Shown: positions 18,366-29,443 of the stretch, piece after piece
Numbering within the stretch: position 1 is the first letter of the stretch
How the letters are laid out: the number at the start of each line of letters is the position of its first letter
DNA from: an uncultured delta proteobacterium
GTDB lineage: Bacteria > Desulfobacterota > WTBG01
NCBI GenBank assembly: GCA_963793865.1
Contig: CAWCBP010000001.1
Coordinates: 463,457 to 527,456, forward strand
Direction of reading: 5' to 3'
Length of the DNA: 64,000 bases
Made by a program: the position numbers and the translations under genes
The notes under the pieces: generated by a model
Seen by the model: only the letters and a program-made list of their open reading frames with translations
The model's database searches: none
Told to the model about the DNA's origin: nothing

Positions 18366-20016
18366 TTATCCCGCGCTGCGGGATGCGGCGGCGATAAGCG
18401 CCTGCGCCTCCTCCTGGATGAGCCGCAGATGGTCTTCACCCTTGAAGCTTTCCGCGTACATCTTGTACACATCTTCAGTGCCGGACGGCCGTGCCGCGAA
18501 CCAGCCGTTTTCGGTGATTACCTTAAGCCCGCCGATGGAAGCGCCGTTGCCGGGGGCTTCGGTCAGGACGGCAGTGATCTTTTCCCCGGCCATTTCAGAA
18601 GCGGTGATGTGCCGGGGTGAAAGATGCTGCAGTGCCGCCTTAAGCTCGGGGGTTGCCGGCGCGTCGATCCGTTCATACACCGGGTTGCCGAAACGCCCGG
18701 TAAGCTCTGCATACAGTTCGCCGGGGTCGCGGCCGGTTACGGCGGTGATTTCCGCGGCCAGCAAATCCATGATGAAGCCGTCCTTATCGGTGGTCCAGAC
18801 GGTGCCGTCCCTGCGGACAAAGGCCGCGCCGGAACTTTCTTCCCCGCCGAACGCGCATGATCCGTCAAGCAGGCCGCCGACAAACCACTTGAACCCCACG
18901 GGGACCTCACTCAATTTTCTCCGCAGCGCGCGGGCAACCCTGTCGATCATGGAGCTGCTCACCAGGGTTTTCCCGATTGCGGCATCCTCCCGCCATCCCG
19001 GCCGGTTCCGGAAGAGATACCAGATCGCCGCCGAGAGGTAATGGTTGGGGTTCAGAAGCCCCCCGCTCCGGGTGACGATGCCGTGCCGGTCATAATCGGG
19101 ATCGTTGCCGAAGGCGATGTCATACTTGTCCCTGAGCCTGATGAGGCCGGCCATGGCAAAGGGGGACGAGCAATCCATCCTGATTTTTCCGTCCCTGTCC
19201 ACGGTCATGAAGCTGAAGGCAGGATCGGCAAACCCGTTAAACACATCGATGTTTAATTGGTAACGCTCGGCGATGGGCTCCCAGAATGCGATGCCGGACC
19301 CTCCCAGGGCGTCCGCACCTATCTTCAGACCCGGCGGACTGCACGGCATCGAGGTCGATACAATGCCTGAGATCATCCACATAAGGGGTAATGTAGTCAT
19401 ATGCGCGGGTTGTGTCCGCGCGCACCGCCTTCGCGCAGGGGATCCTGCGCACATGCTTATTGTTGCCGGCCAGCAGTTCATTGGCTTCTTTTTCAATCCA
19501 GCCGGTGGTGGCGGTATCGGCAGGGCCTCCGTGCGGAGGATTGTATTTGAAACCTCCGTCATCCGGTCCATTGTGAGAAGGGGTGATGACAATGCCGTCA
19601 GCCGGGTGCGGTTTATTGCCCCGGTTGTAGCCGAGAATGGCGTGCGAAATAACCGGGGTAGGGGTGTAGCCCGAATCCATGTGCACCATCACCTCGATGC
19701 CGTGGGCGGCAAGCACTTCCAGGGCGGTGGAATGGGCCGGCTCGGAGAGCGCATGCGTGTCCTTGCCCAGGAAAAGAGGGCCGGTGATGCGGTGAGCGAC
19801 GCGGTAACGGCAGATGGCCTCGGTGATGGCAAGGATGTGATCTTCGTTGAAGCTGCCTTTAAGCGAGGAGCCGCGGTGTCCGGAGGTGCCGAAGGCCACC
19901 AGCTGGCTTTTGACCTGCGGGTCCGGATGGCGGGTGTAGTATGCGCTCACCAATAGGGGGATATTGGTCAGCAGTGACCGGGGAACCTGTTTGCCTGCGA
20001 GGGGGTGAGGCTGCAT
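18366..20016 (-). CDS. pgm: Phosphoglucomutase (alpha-D-glucose phosphate-specific), split by an apparent single frameshift near 19330
   Basis: The upstream fragment carries GTSGHRG and [23 protein letters not shown]. The downstream fragment carries GGSGIAFWE...[12 protein letters not shown]...[23 protein letters not shown]. The two are colinear with E. coli Pgm and the frames switch exactly at the junction. Confidence 0.85.
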
Positions 20017-20057
20017 GGGCGTCGCCTATGATGTAATGCTGCTGTAGCCGAAAGCAA

Positions 20058-21737
20058 TTATTTCCGTTTCTGCACCTCTTTTTTGATGCGCTGGACATGC
20101 CCGCGCCCCAGCGCCTTTACTTCGCATCCCAGCTCGAAGTAGCGCCGGATGGCCTGGTCGGGCAGGATGCCGAAGCAGTCGATCACCGCCGGCGGGCGCC
20201 CCGCCCAGCGCACCACGTCATCGGGATTGAGCGTGAGATAGGCGGTGTGGGGAACGGCAAAGATCACCGCCTCCACGCCCTGGAGCGCTTCCGGGAGGTC
20301 CTTGAGGACCCGGATGTGCGCCAGGGCTTCCTGGCTTCTGAAAAAGCGCTTCCAGGAATGTGTCGCTGAGGGATAGCTGTCCTGGCTTTCAAGCTCATAC
20401 CAGTGGTCCACGTAGGGATCGTGCACCCGCATGTCGGCGCCCATTTCGGTCAGCTTGCGGACCACCAGCTCGCTTCCGCTGTAACGGGTGTCACCCACGT
20501 CCTGCCGGTAGCTGGCGCCGCAGATGAGCACTTCCGCCCCGGCGATATACCGGTCCATGTTGCGCAGCGCGTCGCGGGTAAGCTCGGCCGCGTGCAGCGC
20601 CCGGGTGTCGTTGATGTCGATCACCGCCGGGGTGATCCTGAAGACGCTCTCCCCGTCTTCGAATCCCAGAATGTGGCGGTAGGCCCAGTAGCCGAGGCCG
20701 CCGTCCTTGGGCAGGCAATAGCCGCCGATGCCGGGCCCGGGAAAGATGATATTGCTGTGCGTGGGGCGCATTTTTATGGCGCTGATGACCTTGATCAGGT
20801 CCACCCCGTTGCGCTCGGCAAAAAGGCTCCATTCGTTGAGAAAGGCAAGGATGGTGGCGCGGTAGGTGTTTTCCACGATCTTGGTGGTTTCCGATTCAAT
20901 CGGCCGGTCCATGATGGTCAGCGGGTAGTCCCTGGTGTTGAGCACCTCGCGGAGAAACTTCTCCACCCGCTCCCGCGCTTCGGGGGTGCATCCGGCGCAG
21001 ACGCGCCAGAAATCGCGTATGCTCGACACGTACTCCCGGCCCGGCATCACCCGCTCGAAGCTGTGGGCGAGCAGCGGCTCCGACTCTATGCCCCGCTGGG
21101 CGAACGACTTCTTGAGAATGGGCCAGGCGACAAATTCGGTTGTCCCCGGCGCGACCGTTGTCTCAATCAGCACCAGGCAGGGCGGCGGAATGCTCCTGCC
21201 GATGGTGCGCATGGTTTCCTCGAGGGCCGCCATTTCAGCCTCGCCGGTTCGCATGTCACCCAGGTCATGCTTGGTGTAGTCGCACTGCACGTCCACCACC
21301 ACGCAGTCGGCAAGGGAGAGACACTGGCTGTTGTAGGTGGCAACCAGGGTTTTTTTATCCACCACGCAGCGCTTGATAATGGCCGGCACCTCCGGGTCCT
21401 CGGCGGTGACCGGGGCCTCGCCCCGGTTGAGCAGGGGGATTTTCCAGTAGCTGCGGGTGCTCGGCCTCTGGCACCCGATGACGAATTTGCTGCTGCGGCC
21501 CTTTTCATCCGTGGTGTCGGCAATAATGGCCGCCATCACCGCGCCGACAAAACCCACGCCCATTACCACCACGATTTCCCTTCCTTCAGCCCGCGCCCGC
21601 TCCGCCAGTTTTTGGATGCGTTCGAACTCGGCAGGGTAATCCTGCGGTCCGGGAATGGTAAACCGCTCACCTGCGGGACTCACTGAACAGGGCATGTCGG
21701 ATTCCTGCTGTGCTGGGATGATCTTTCTGCTTGCCAT
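20058..21737 (-). CDS. Nucleotide-sugar dehydrogenase (UDP-glucose / UDP-N-acetyl-D-mannosamine / GDP-mannose dehydrogenase family)
   Basis: Rossmann motif VVMGVGFVGAVMAA, catalytic GGYCLPKD, central and C-terminal UDPG_MGDP_dh domains. RBS AAAGGAG before the ATG at 21737. Confidence 0.8.
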   Translation of the reverse strand: MASRKIIPAQQESDMPCSVSPAGERFTIPGPQDYPAEFERIQKLAERARAEGREIVVVMGVGFVGAVMAAIIADTTDEKGRSSKFVIGCQRPSTRSYWKIPLLNRGEAPVTAEDPEVPAIIKRCVVDKKTLVATYNSQCLSLADCVVVDVQCDYTKHDLGDMRTGEAEMAALEETMRTIGRSIPPPCLVLIETTVAPGTTEFVAWPILKKSFAQRGIESEPLLAHSFERVMPGREYVSSIRDFWRVCAGCTPEARERVEKFLREVLNTRDYPLTIMDRPIESETTKIVENTYRATILAFLNEWSLFAERNGVDLIKVISAIKMRPTHSNIIFPGPGIGGYCLPKDGGLGYWAYRHILGFEDGESVFRITPAVIDINDTRALHAAELTRDALRNMDRYIAGAEVLICGASYRQDVGDTRYSGSELVVRKLTEMGADMRVHDPYVDHWYELESQDSYPSATHSWKRFFRSQEALAHIRVLKDLPEALQGVEAVIFAVPHTAYLTLNPDDVVRWAGRPPAVIDCFGILPDQAIRRYFELGCEVKALGRGHVQRIKKEVQKRK

Positions 21738-21783
21738 GAGGCCGGTACTCCTTTCGCTGCGTGGCATGAATAAGATGCGGTGA

Positions 21784-22008
21784 CTAAAGCGTCCCTTTGC
21801 CCTTGTTCGTTCCCGCGCGGTAACTGTAGAATGCCGCAAGAATGAAGCCGAAGCCGATTCCCAGAAGCAGGGTTAACCCGATGAGAATGATCTGTGGCAT
21901 GCGCAGTTCCCACAACAAAAGTTTCACCGCCACATCCTGGGTGTTCTGGATCAGGATGATCAGCAAGAGGGTGACCGCCGCCGTGGCAATGATCATTTTT
22001 GGTTTCAT
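21784..22008 (-). CDS. LapA (DUF1049) family small inner-membrane protein
   Basis: About 75 aa with two TM segments: ...IQNTQDV.VKLLLWEL.MPQIILIGLTLLLGIGFGF. Confidence 0.5.
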   Translation of the reverse strand: MKPKMIIATAAVTLLLIILIQNTQDVAVKLLLWELRMPQIILIGLTLLLGIGFGFILAAFYSYRAGTNKGKGTL

Positions 22009-22250
22009 AATAAGCACCCCCTGCCGTTCCGGTTTCCAATTTCTGGTTCAATGATATAAAATTATATACCACAACGGACATTAAATAAAAATCAAAAAAG
22101 AGCGGGCAGCCCCTCTTCCCTGTGCATGAACGCCTGCCCGCAGGGTTTGTGTTTTGCAAACGGCATTTTTATGTTAGGATAGGCTCCATGTGCGGAAGCG
22201 GGGAAAAATGAGCGGGTCGTGTGCGTATCTCTCACCCTGAAGCGAGTGCC

Positions 22251-23639
22251 ATGTTTGCACCGGGAAAGATAAAAAAAACCATACAAAAATACCGGATGCT
22301 TGAGCCGGGAGACAGGGTCGTGGTCGGTGTGTCGGGCGGGCCGGACTCAATTATGCTCTGCCATGTGTTGCACCGGCTCCGCGGCGGCTATAAGCTGGAC
22401 CTGACGGTTGCCCATCTCAATCACGGGGTGCGCGGAGCCGAGGCCGCGCGGGACGCCCGCTTCGTGGAGCGATTTGCCCGCGGGCTCGGACTTCCCTGCG
22501 TGGTGCAGGAAGCAGATGTCCCTGCCTACTGCAGGGAGAACGCGCGCTCCTTCCAGGAGGGGGCACGAGAAGTCCGGTACCGGTTCCTGGAAGAGGTGCG
22601 GAACAGGTGCCGGGCAAATAAAATTGCCCTGGGCCACAATGCTGACGACCAGGCGGAAACGCTCATGCTCTGGCTGCTGCGAGGGTCGGGTCTCAAGGGA
22701 CTGGGCGGCATGCCGCCGGTACGGGACGGCGTCATCATACGGCCCCTGATCGAAACCACCCGGGAGGAGATTGAAGCCTATCTCAGGAACCGGGAAATTG
22801 ACTTTGTGACGGACAGCTCCAACCTGAAAGGTGAGTATGTAAGAAACCGTTTGCGCCGGGAGATTTTCCCCCTTTTAAAAAAGGATTTCAACCCGCAGCT
22901 GGTAAAAGCCCTGGTTACCACCGCATCGATAATAAGCATGGAAAACGAATACCTGGATAAAATAGCTCATAAAAAACTTAAAACAGTTCTGGCATCGCAA
23001 AACGAAAACGGCGCGGTCGTAGACTGTGACCGCTTTGCCGCCTTGCCCCCGGTCATTCAGCTCCGCTGCTTGAGAGCAATCCTGGCGGGCCTCAAGGGAA
23101 ACCTGATGCGCATAAGCGCCACGCACCTGTATGATCTCATGGGGATAATGGCGGGCGTTGAATCGCACAAAAAACTGAAGCTGCCGGACGGGATTCGGGC
23201 TGAAAAGTCGTACCGCTTCCTGACGCTTACCACCGGGCTTGCTGCCGTTACCTCCCCCTTCAGCTATCAGTTTGAGGCAATGCCGGAACAGGTGGTGATC
23301 CCGGAGATAGGGAAGCGGATGACCTTTACTTTGCTGCGGAGACGGGGAATGGCACCGGAAAGGAACCCCGCAGTCGCCTGCCTTGACGCTGACGGGGTGC
23401 GCATGCCGCTTACCGTTCGCAGCGCGAAACCCGGGGATTTCTTTCAGCCGCTGGGCATGGGGGGGAAGAAGAAAATACAGGACCTCTTTACCGATGAAAA
23501 GGTGCCCGGGGCGGAGCGAAGGCGCATTCCCCTGGTCCTGTTCGGTGATGAAGTGGCCTGGGTGGGAGGCATGAGGATCAATCACCGCCTGAGGGTAACC
23601 GCTAAAACAAGGAGGGTGCTGAAAATTGAAATGGAATAG
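22251..23639 (+). CDS. tilS: tRNA(Ile)-lysidine synthetase
   Basis: PP-loop SGGPDS, HLNHGVRG, the typical TilS N-terminal domain and a C-terminal substrate-binding domain. Confidence 0.85.
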   Translation: MFAPGKIKKTIQKYRMLEPGDRVVVGVSGGPDSIMLCHVLHRLRGGYKLDLTVAHLNHGVRGAEAARDARFVERFARGLGLPCVVQEADVPAYCRENARSFQEGAREVRYRFLEEVRNRCRANKIALGHNADDQAETLMLWLLRGSGLKGLGGMPPVRDGVIIRPLIETTREEIEAYLRNREIDFVTDSSNLKGEYVRNRLRREIFPLLKKDFNPQLVKALVTTASIISMENEYLDKIAHKKLKTVLASQNENGAVVDCDRFAALPPVIQLRCLRAILAGLKGNLMRISATHLYDLMGIMAGVESHKKLKLPDGIRAEKSYRFLTLTTGLAAVTSPFSYQFEAMPEQVVIPEIGKRMTFTLLRRRGMAPERNPAVACLDADGVRMPLTVRSAKPGDFFQPLGMGGKKKIQDLFTDEKVPGAERRRIPLVLFGDEVAWVGGMRINHRLRVTAKTRRVLKIEME

Positions 23640-23791
23640 TTGCGGGTTTTCGGATAAAACATTTGATGATCGGGAATGTTTGTGTTAAAATTGCACGAAA
23701 TATGGCTGAAATATTGAGGGGGGCAGGTATGGGTACATGCCCGTATTCCGGTTGTCGGGCATGAACAGGCACAGCAGTTTCTTCCTATCCC

Positions 23792-25634
23792 GTGAGGTGC
23801 GCATTGAACCGTTTCAATAAAAATATTGCCCTGTGGCTCGGCGTGGTGCTGGTTTTTGTTCTGCTGATCAATCTGTTCAGCCAGCCGAGAGTAAAGCGGG
23901 ATGATATTAACTTTTCCGAATTTCTGGATCTGGTGGCGAAAGGCGAGGTGAGTGAGGTTCTCATCCAGGGCAGCGACGTTGAGGGCACGCTCCTGAACAG
24001 CCGGCGCTTTAAGACCTACAACCCCGGCTATGCCAGGCTGGTTGAGGACCTGCGGGAAAAGGGGGTCATGATCACCGGTGAAGCGGAAAAGCAGTCCCCC
24101 TGGACCACCATCCTCATCAGCTGGTTTCCCATGATCATTATCATCGCCATCTGGATCTTTCTCATGCGGCAGATGCAGACGGGCGGCGGCAAGGCGATGT
24201 CTTTCGGCAAAAGCAGGGCCAAGCTGCTGACCGAACAGCAGCAGAAGGTGACCTTCGAGGATGTCGCCGGCATCGACGAGGCCAAGGAAGAGCTGGAGGA
24301 GATTATCGAGTTCCTCAAGGAACCCAAAAAGTTCACCCTGCTGGGGGGCCGGATTCCGAAGGGGGTGATTCTCATGGGCGCGCCGGGGACGGGCAAGACC
24401 CTCCTCGCGCGGGCCATTGCCGGGGAGGCGGGAGTGCCCTTCTTCAGCATCAGCGGATCCGACTTCGTGGAGATGTTTGTGGGCGTGGGTGCGTCGCGGG
24501 TGAGGGATCTTTTCATGCAGGGCAAAAAAAACGCCCCCTGCATCATATTTATTGACGAGATCGACGCCGTGGGAAGGCACCGCGGCGCCGGCCTCGGCGG
24601 CGGGCATGATGAGCGCGAGCAGACGCTGAATCAGCTCCTGGTGGAGATGGACGGGTTTGAATCCAATGAAGGGGTCATCCTGATTGCCGCCACCAACCGG
24701 CCGGATGTGCTTGATCCCGCCCTGCTGCGCCCGGGCAGGTTTGACCGCCGGGTGGTGGTTCCCATTCCCGACATCAAGGGCCGCAGAGGGAATTTTAAAG
24801 GTGCATTCCAAGAACAAGCCGCTGGCGGACGATGTGGATCTGGAGACCATCGCCAAAAGCACGCCGGGCTTCTGCGGCGCCGACTTGTCCAACCTGGTGA
24901 ATGAAGCCGCCTTAATGGCGGCCCGCAAAGAGAAGAAGAAGATTGACCGCTCGGACTTTGAGGTTGCCAAGGACAAGGTGGTGATGGGTGTTGAGCGCAA
25001 GAGCATGATCATCAGCGCCCAGGACAAGGAAAATACGGCATACCATGAAATAGGGCACGTGCTGGTGGCCAAGCTCATACCCGAAACCGATCCCATACAC
25101 AAGGTGACCATCATTCCCCGCGGCTGGTCGCTTGGCCAGACGCACTATCTGCCCGATGAGAAGTACACCAAGCAGAGAAAATTCCTGCTGGCGGAGATCG
25201 CGGTGCTGCTGGGGGGCAGGGCGGCGGAGGAGATTGTCAATAAGGACGTGAGCACCGGCGCGGGCAATGACCTGGAGCGCGCAACCGACCTGGCGCGCAA
25301 GATGGTCTGCGACTGGGGCATGAGCGACAAGCTGGGGCCGCTTACCTTCGGCAAAAAGGAGGAGCAGATCTTTCTGGGCCGGGAGATTGCCCAGCACCGC
25401 GACTACAGCGAGGATACGGCGGAGCGGATCGATGAAGAGGTGAGAAGAATTATTATGGAGAATTATGAGCGGGCCAAGCAGCTGCTGGTTGAGAACACGG
25501 GCCTGCTCCACCGTCTGGCCAGGGAGCTGCTGGAGAAGGAAGTGCTGGATAACAGCGAGATCGAAAAAATAATGAAGGACTATAATCCCCTCGATAACCA
25601 CACGTTTACAACGGTGCGGGAAATGGGCGGATAG
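23792..25634 (+). CDS. ftsH: ATP-dependent zinc metalloprotease FtsH, with an apparent 1-nt deletion frameshift at about 24785
   Basis: Walker [12 protein letters not shown] and HEIGH zinc site. Reading switches from ...PIPDIKGR to [21 protein letters not shown] within GGCCGCAGAGGG. Likely start TTG 23804 or GTG 23792. Confidence 0.85.
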
Positions 25635-25791
25635 CATCTCTTCACCGGCTCGCGCGGGCATGATCCGCGGCCCCGAGCGTCCTTCCAGACAGGTGCCTGT
25701 CATATTCCCCCGGAAACGGGGATGCAGTGGCGTATCCTCCCGGTGACGGTCCCAGTGATCGCCGGTTTCCACATTTCATGAGAAGCATGCA

Positions 25792-26683
25792 GTGGGTTCC
25801 TTAAACCCTTCCACTCATGGCAATTCCGCGGCGGAATGCCGGCTGCGGCTGGAGTGCGGGAGCTACCGCCTCGACTTCAGCAGGCGAACCCATATCATGG
25901 GCATCCTCAATGTGACGCCCGATTCGTTTTCCGACGGCGGCAGATTTTTTGACCAGGGGCGTGCCGTGGATCACGCCCTGCGCATGGCGGACGAGGGTGC
26001 CGACGTCATCGACATCGGCGGGGAGTCCACCCGGCCGGGCGCCCGGCCTGTTTCCCTTGAGGAGGAGCGGCGAAGGGTGCTGCCGGTGATTGAGCGGCTT
26101 GCCGCCCGGATCCGGATACCCCTTTCGGTCGACACGGCCAAGGCGGCACTTGCGGCTGATGCCGTCAACGCAGGCGCCGTCATCATCAACGATGTCAGCG
26201 CGCTTCGCTCGGATCCGGAAATGGCGCCGCTGGCCGCCCAATGCGGTGCTGCGGTGGTGCTGATGCACATGCGGGGGACGCCGCAGGACCATGCAGCGGC
26301 AGGTCCTGTACCATGATGTGATCGCTGAGATCCATGCCTTCTTCCGGGAGCGCATCAGCGCCGCCCTGGCAGCAGGGATCGGTGAGCGGAGGATCATGAT
26401 CGACCCCGGCATCGGTTTCGGCAAATCGGTGCCCGAGGGGAATCTCTCCCTGCTGAAGCACCTCGGCTGCTTTACAGCGCTCGAAAAGCCCCTTCTGGTC
26501 GGCCCCTCGCGGAAGGCCTTCATCGGTGAGGTGCTCGGCCTTGGCCCGGGCGAGAGGGAGGAGGGGACCGCCGCTGCGGTTGCCATCGCCATCGCCAACG
26601 GCGCCGCCATGGTGAGGGTGCATGATGTCAAGGTGATGAAGCGGGTGGCCGCCATGGCCGACGCCATCATGGCCGCCGGCTGA
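25792..26683 (+). CDS. folP: Dihydropteroate synthase, with an apparent 1-nt insertion frameshift at about 26287
   Basis: GILNVTPDSFSDGG...LMHMRGTPQ then (shifted) TMQRQVLYHDVIAEI...DPGIGFGK...GPSRKAFIG. The start codon is uncertain. Confidence 0.8.
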
Positions 26684-26739
26684 ATCAATCCCCCTGCGCG
26701 GCGCATGCGGGCGCGCATCTGTTTCCCGGGAGACGGGCT

Positions 26740-27519
26740 GTGCTGGAAATAATTCAAAATCTTCGCCTCTGGGATATCATTGATATCCTCATTGTCACCT
26801 ATGTCATTTATCGCATCATCCTGCTCATCAAGGGAACCCGCGCGGTCCAGATGCTCATCGGGCTGGTGGTGGTGATCGGGCTCTACGGCATATCCTATCG
26901 CATGGGGCTGTTTACCCTCCACTGGATCCTCAATAATTTTCTCGCTTCCATCATTCTGGTGGTGGTGGTCATCTTCCAGGAGGATATCAGACGGGCGCTG
27001 AGCCGCGTGGGCAGAAATCCCTTCATCGGCGGCAGCGGCGGCAGGCTGCAGGAAGTGGAGATGGTTGAGGAAGTGGTGCGGGCCAGCGCGGAGCTGGTGG
27101 AGCGGAAGGTGGGCGCGCTGATCGTGCTGGAGCGGAAAACCGGCCTCAATGATTACATTGAAAAGGGCGTGCGCATTGACGCCGTCGTGCAGCAGGAAAC
27201 CCTGGTCAGCATATTTGTGCCCGAGTCGCCCCTCCATGACGGGGCGGTGATCATCCAGGAGGGACGGATCGCCGCGGCAGGATGCCTCCTGCCCCTGGAT
27301 GCGTCCATAGAAATAAGCGGCACCTTCGGGACGCGGCACCGCTGCGGCTTGAGCCTCTGCAAGGAGACCGACGCGGTGGTGATTATCATTTCGGAGGAGC
27401 GGAACACCATTGCCCTGGCCTTTGACGGTACCATCAGGCTGAACCTGAGCGAGCAGGTGCTCCGGGACACCCTGCTGAAACTGCTTCCCGCCGGGAAAGT
27501 GATGCTGAAACGGGCGTAG
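26740..27519 (+). CDS. cdaA: Diadenylate cyclase (c-di-AMP synthase) CdaA
   Basis: N-terminal TM segments and DAC domain with LHDGAVII...GTRHRCGL...DAVVIIISEE. GTG start. Confidence 0.85.
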   Translation: MLEIIQNLRLWDIIDILIVTYVIYRIILLIKGTRAVQMLIGLVVVIGLYGISYRMGLFTLHWILNNFLASIILVVVVIFQEDIRRALSRVGRNPFIGGSGGRLQEVEMVEEVVRASAELVERKVGALIVLERKTGLNDYIEKGVRIDAVVQQETLVSIFVPESPLHDGAVIIQEGRIAAAGCLLPLDASIEISGTFGTRHRCGLSLCKETDAVVIIISEERNTIALAFDGTIRLNLSEQVLRDTLLKLLPAGKVMLKRA

Positions 27520-27528
27520 GTAAAAATC

Positions 27529-28470
27529 ATGCAGCTGAGCGTGCTTGTACGGGATTCACTGACCAGGAACCGGGCGATAAAGTTTTTTTCGCTCCTGCTG
27601 GCGCTCACCCTCTGGTTTTTCGTGATGGGGGAGAAGAAGGCGGAGTTCTCCTTCGCCGATGTTCCCGTGGAGTTTATCAATAAACCGCCCGACATGGTGG
27701 TGACCCGGCAGTCGCCCCGCAGCGTGAATTTGCGGGTCAGCGGCTCGCGGAGCCTGCTGGCAACCATGTCTTCCAGCAGCCTCAAAGCGGTGGTGGACCT
27801 TGAAGGGGCAAAGCCGGGCAAAATGGTTTTCAGTGATTTGAGCGAGGCCGTCACGCTGCCCAACGGCACCAGGATTACCAGCATCAGCCCCGCCGAAGTG
27901 GAGCTGACCGTGGAGGCGCTGACTTCGAAGCGGGTCCCGGTGACCGTTGATCTTGCGGGAGAGCCCGCTTCGGGATATGTGGTGCAGGGGGTCTCTGTTG
28001 ACCCGCCCGTGGTTGACGTTACCGTGGCTGAAAGCGAGGCTGAATCGTTTCAGAAAGTGCTTACCCGGCCGGTGGACATCTCCGGAGAGACACGATCGGT
28101 CACGCGGGAGGTCCCCCTGGCCACGACCAATTTGGATCCCCCGCGGTCGGCCGGCAGGAAGAAGGTGCAGGTGGCGGTCACGATTAATTCGCGGATTCGC
28201 GAGAAGGTGCTGTCCGGCATACCGGTGATAGTGGTCGACAGCCGTTACAAGGCGAGCATCGTGCCCGATACCATCCAGGTGCGCATACAGTATCCCTACC
28301 AGCTGGAGGAGACAGTTGCCGCCGGCGGGATTATTGCCACCATCGATATGAAGGATGGCAGGCCGGGGACCTACAGCCGGAAGTCGGTGGTTAAGCTGCC
28401 CGAGGGGGTCTCTCTGCTGGAGTCCATACCGGACAGCTGTGAGGTGGTGCTGAGCAAGGAACCGGCTTGA
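27529..28470 (+). CDS. cdaR: CdaR / YbbR-like domain protein (regulator of CdaA)
   Basis: N-terminal TM segment followed by repeated YbbR-like beta-rich units. Conserved position directly after cdaA. Confidence 0.7.
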   Translation: MQLSVLVRDSLTRNRAIKFFSLLLALTLWFFVMGEKKAEFSFADVPVEFINKPPDMVVTRQSPRSVNLRVSGSRSLLATMSSSSLKAVVDLEGAKPGKMVFSDLSEAVTLPNGTRITSISPAEVELTVEALTSKRVPVTVDLAGEPASGYVVQGVSVDPPVVDVTVAESEAESFQKVLTRPVDISGETRSVTREVPLATTNLDPPRSAGRKKVQVAVTINSRIREKVLSGIPVIVVDSRYKASIVPDTIQVRIQYPYQLEETVAAGGIIATIDMKDGRPGTYSRKSVVKLPEGVSLLESIPDSCEVVLSKEPA

Positions 28471-28654
28471 AATTTGTAATTGTGCAAGCACCCGATAGCC
28501 GGAGGATGCTTCACTGTTGTGAAAGGTCATTGCGAGCGACCACAGGGAGCGCGGCAATCTCCATATTTTTTATTAGTCATGGGATTGCTTCGGTCGTTCC
28601 TCTCCCTCGCAATGACACTGCAACATAGTCTTCATTGAATGGGAAAGGGGTTTC

Positions 28655-29404
28655 ATGGCAGGACTGATGGTGAATGTTGACCATATCGCAACCGTAAGGC
28701 AGGCCAGGAAAGGTGACGAGCCCGACCCGGTGGTGGCTGCAGCGCTGGCGGAGCTGGGGGGCTGTGACGGCATCATCGTGCACCTGCGCGAGGACAGAAG
28801 GCACATTCAGGACAGGGACCTGGAGCTGCTGCGCGAAACGGTCAGGACCAGGCTGAACCTGGAGATGGCGGCGGTGCCGGAGATGGTGAGCAAGGCCCGG
28901 CGGATCAAGCCGGAGATGGCCACCCTGGTGCCGGAAAAGCGTCAGGAGCTGACCACGGAGGGCGGCCTTGATATAATCACCCACCGAAAATCGGTGCGGC
29001 CGGCGGTAAAGGCATTGCAGCAGGCCGGTATCGCGGTGAGCCTGTTTGTCGATCCGGACCCGCGCCAGGTAAAGGCGGCGAAGGAGAAGGCGGGGGCTGA
29101 TTACATCGAGATACATACCGGCAGCTTCGCTGAGGCAAAAACTCCCCTCCGGCAGAAGCAGGAGCTGGAGAGAATTCGGCGGGCCGCGGCACTCGCCTCC
29201 AGGCTGGGGCTGGGTGTCAATGCCGGCCACGGATTAAATTACACCAATATTAAAAAGCTGCTGGGCGTCGCTGAGATCGAGGAATTCAGCATCGGGCACA
29301 GTATCGTTGCGCGGGCGCTCATGGTAGGGATGCGGCAGGCAGTGAAGGATATGGTTGAGGTTATACAAACGCCTCCGGGCAAGGCCGAGCGGCAGCGAGG
29401 CTGA
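28655..29404 (+). CDS. pdxJ: Pyridoxine 5'-phosphate synthase
   Basis: VNVDHIATVRQAR...EPDPV, LFVDPD and IEIHTG motifs. 249 aa. Confidence 0.9.
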   Translation: MAGLMVNVDHIATVRQARKGDEPDPVVAAALAELGGCDGIIVHLREDRRHIQDRDLELLRETVRTRLNLEMAAVPEMVSKARRIKPEMATLVPEKRQELTTEGGLDIITHRKSVRPAVKALQQAGIAVSLFVDPDPRQVKAAKEKAGADYIEIHTGSFAEAKTPLRQKQELERIRRAAALASRLGLGVNAGHGLNYTNIKKLLGVAEIEEFSIGHSIVARALMVGMRQAVKDMVEVIQTPPGKAERQRG

Positions 29405-29443
29405 GGCTTTTTCTAACCCGGGTCACCTTTCTGCGGAGGAAGG

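Noticed and set aside
19273-19956. 227-aa + strand ORF
   Set aside because: Antisense to the N-terminal half of pgm.
20403-21686. 427-aa ORF on the + strand
   Set aside because: It is entirely antisense to the nucleotide-sugar dehydrogenase gene. The composition is Arg/Gly/Ala/Pro-rich, typical of shadow ORFs in 60% GC DNA, and it has no motifs.
23582-25114. 510-aa ORF on the - strand
   Set aside because: Antisense to ftsH with low-complexity composition. ftsH carries unmistakable AAA/HEIGH motifs on the + strand.
25801-27339. 512-aa ORF on the - strand
   Set aside because: Antisense to folP and cdaA. No domain signatures, and Pro/Arg/Ala-rich.
27556-28557. 333-aa ORF on the - strand
   Set aside because: Antisense to cdaR. 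His/Arg/Gly-rich shadow ORF.
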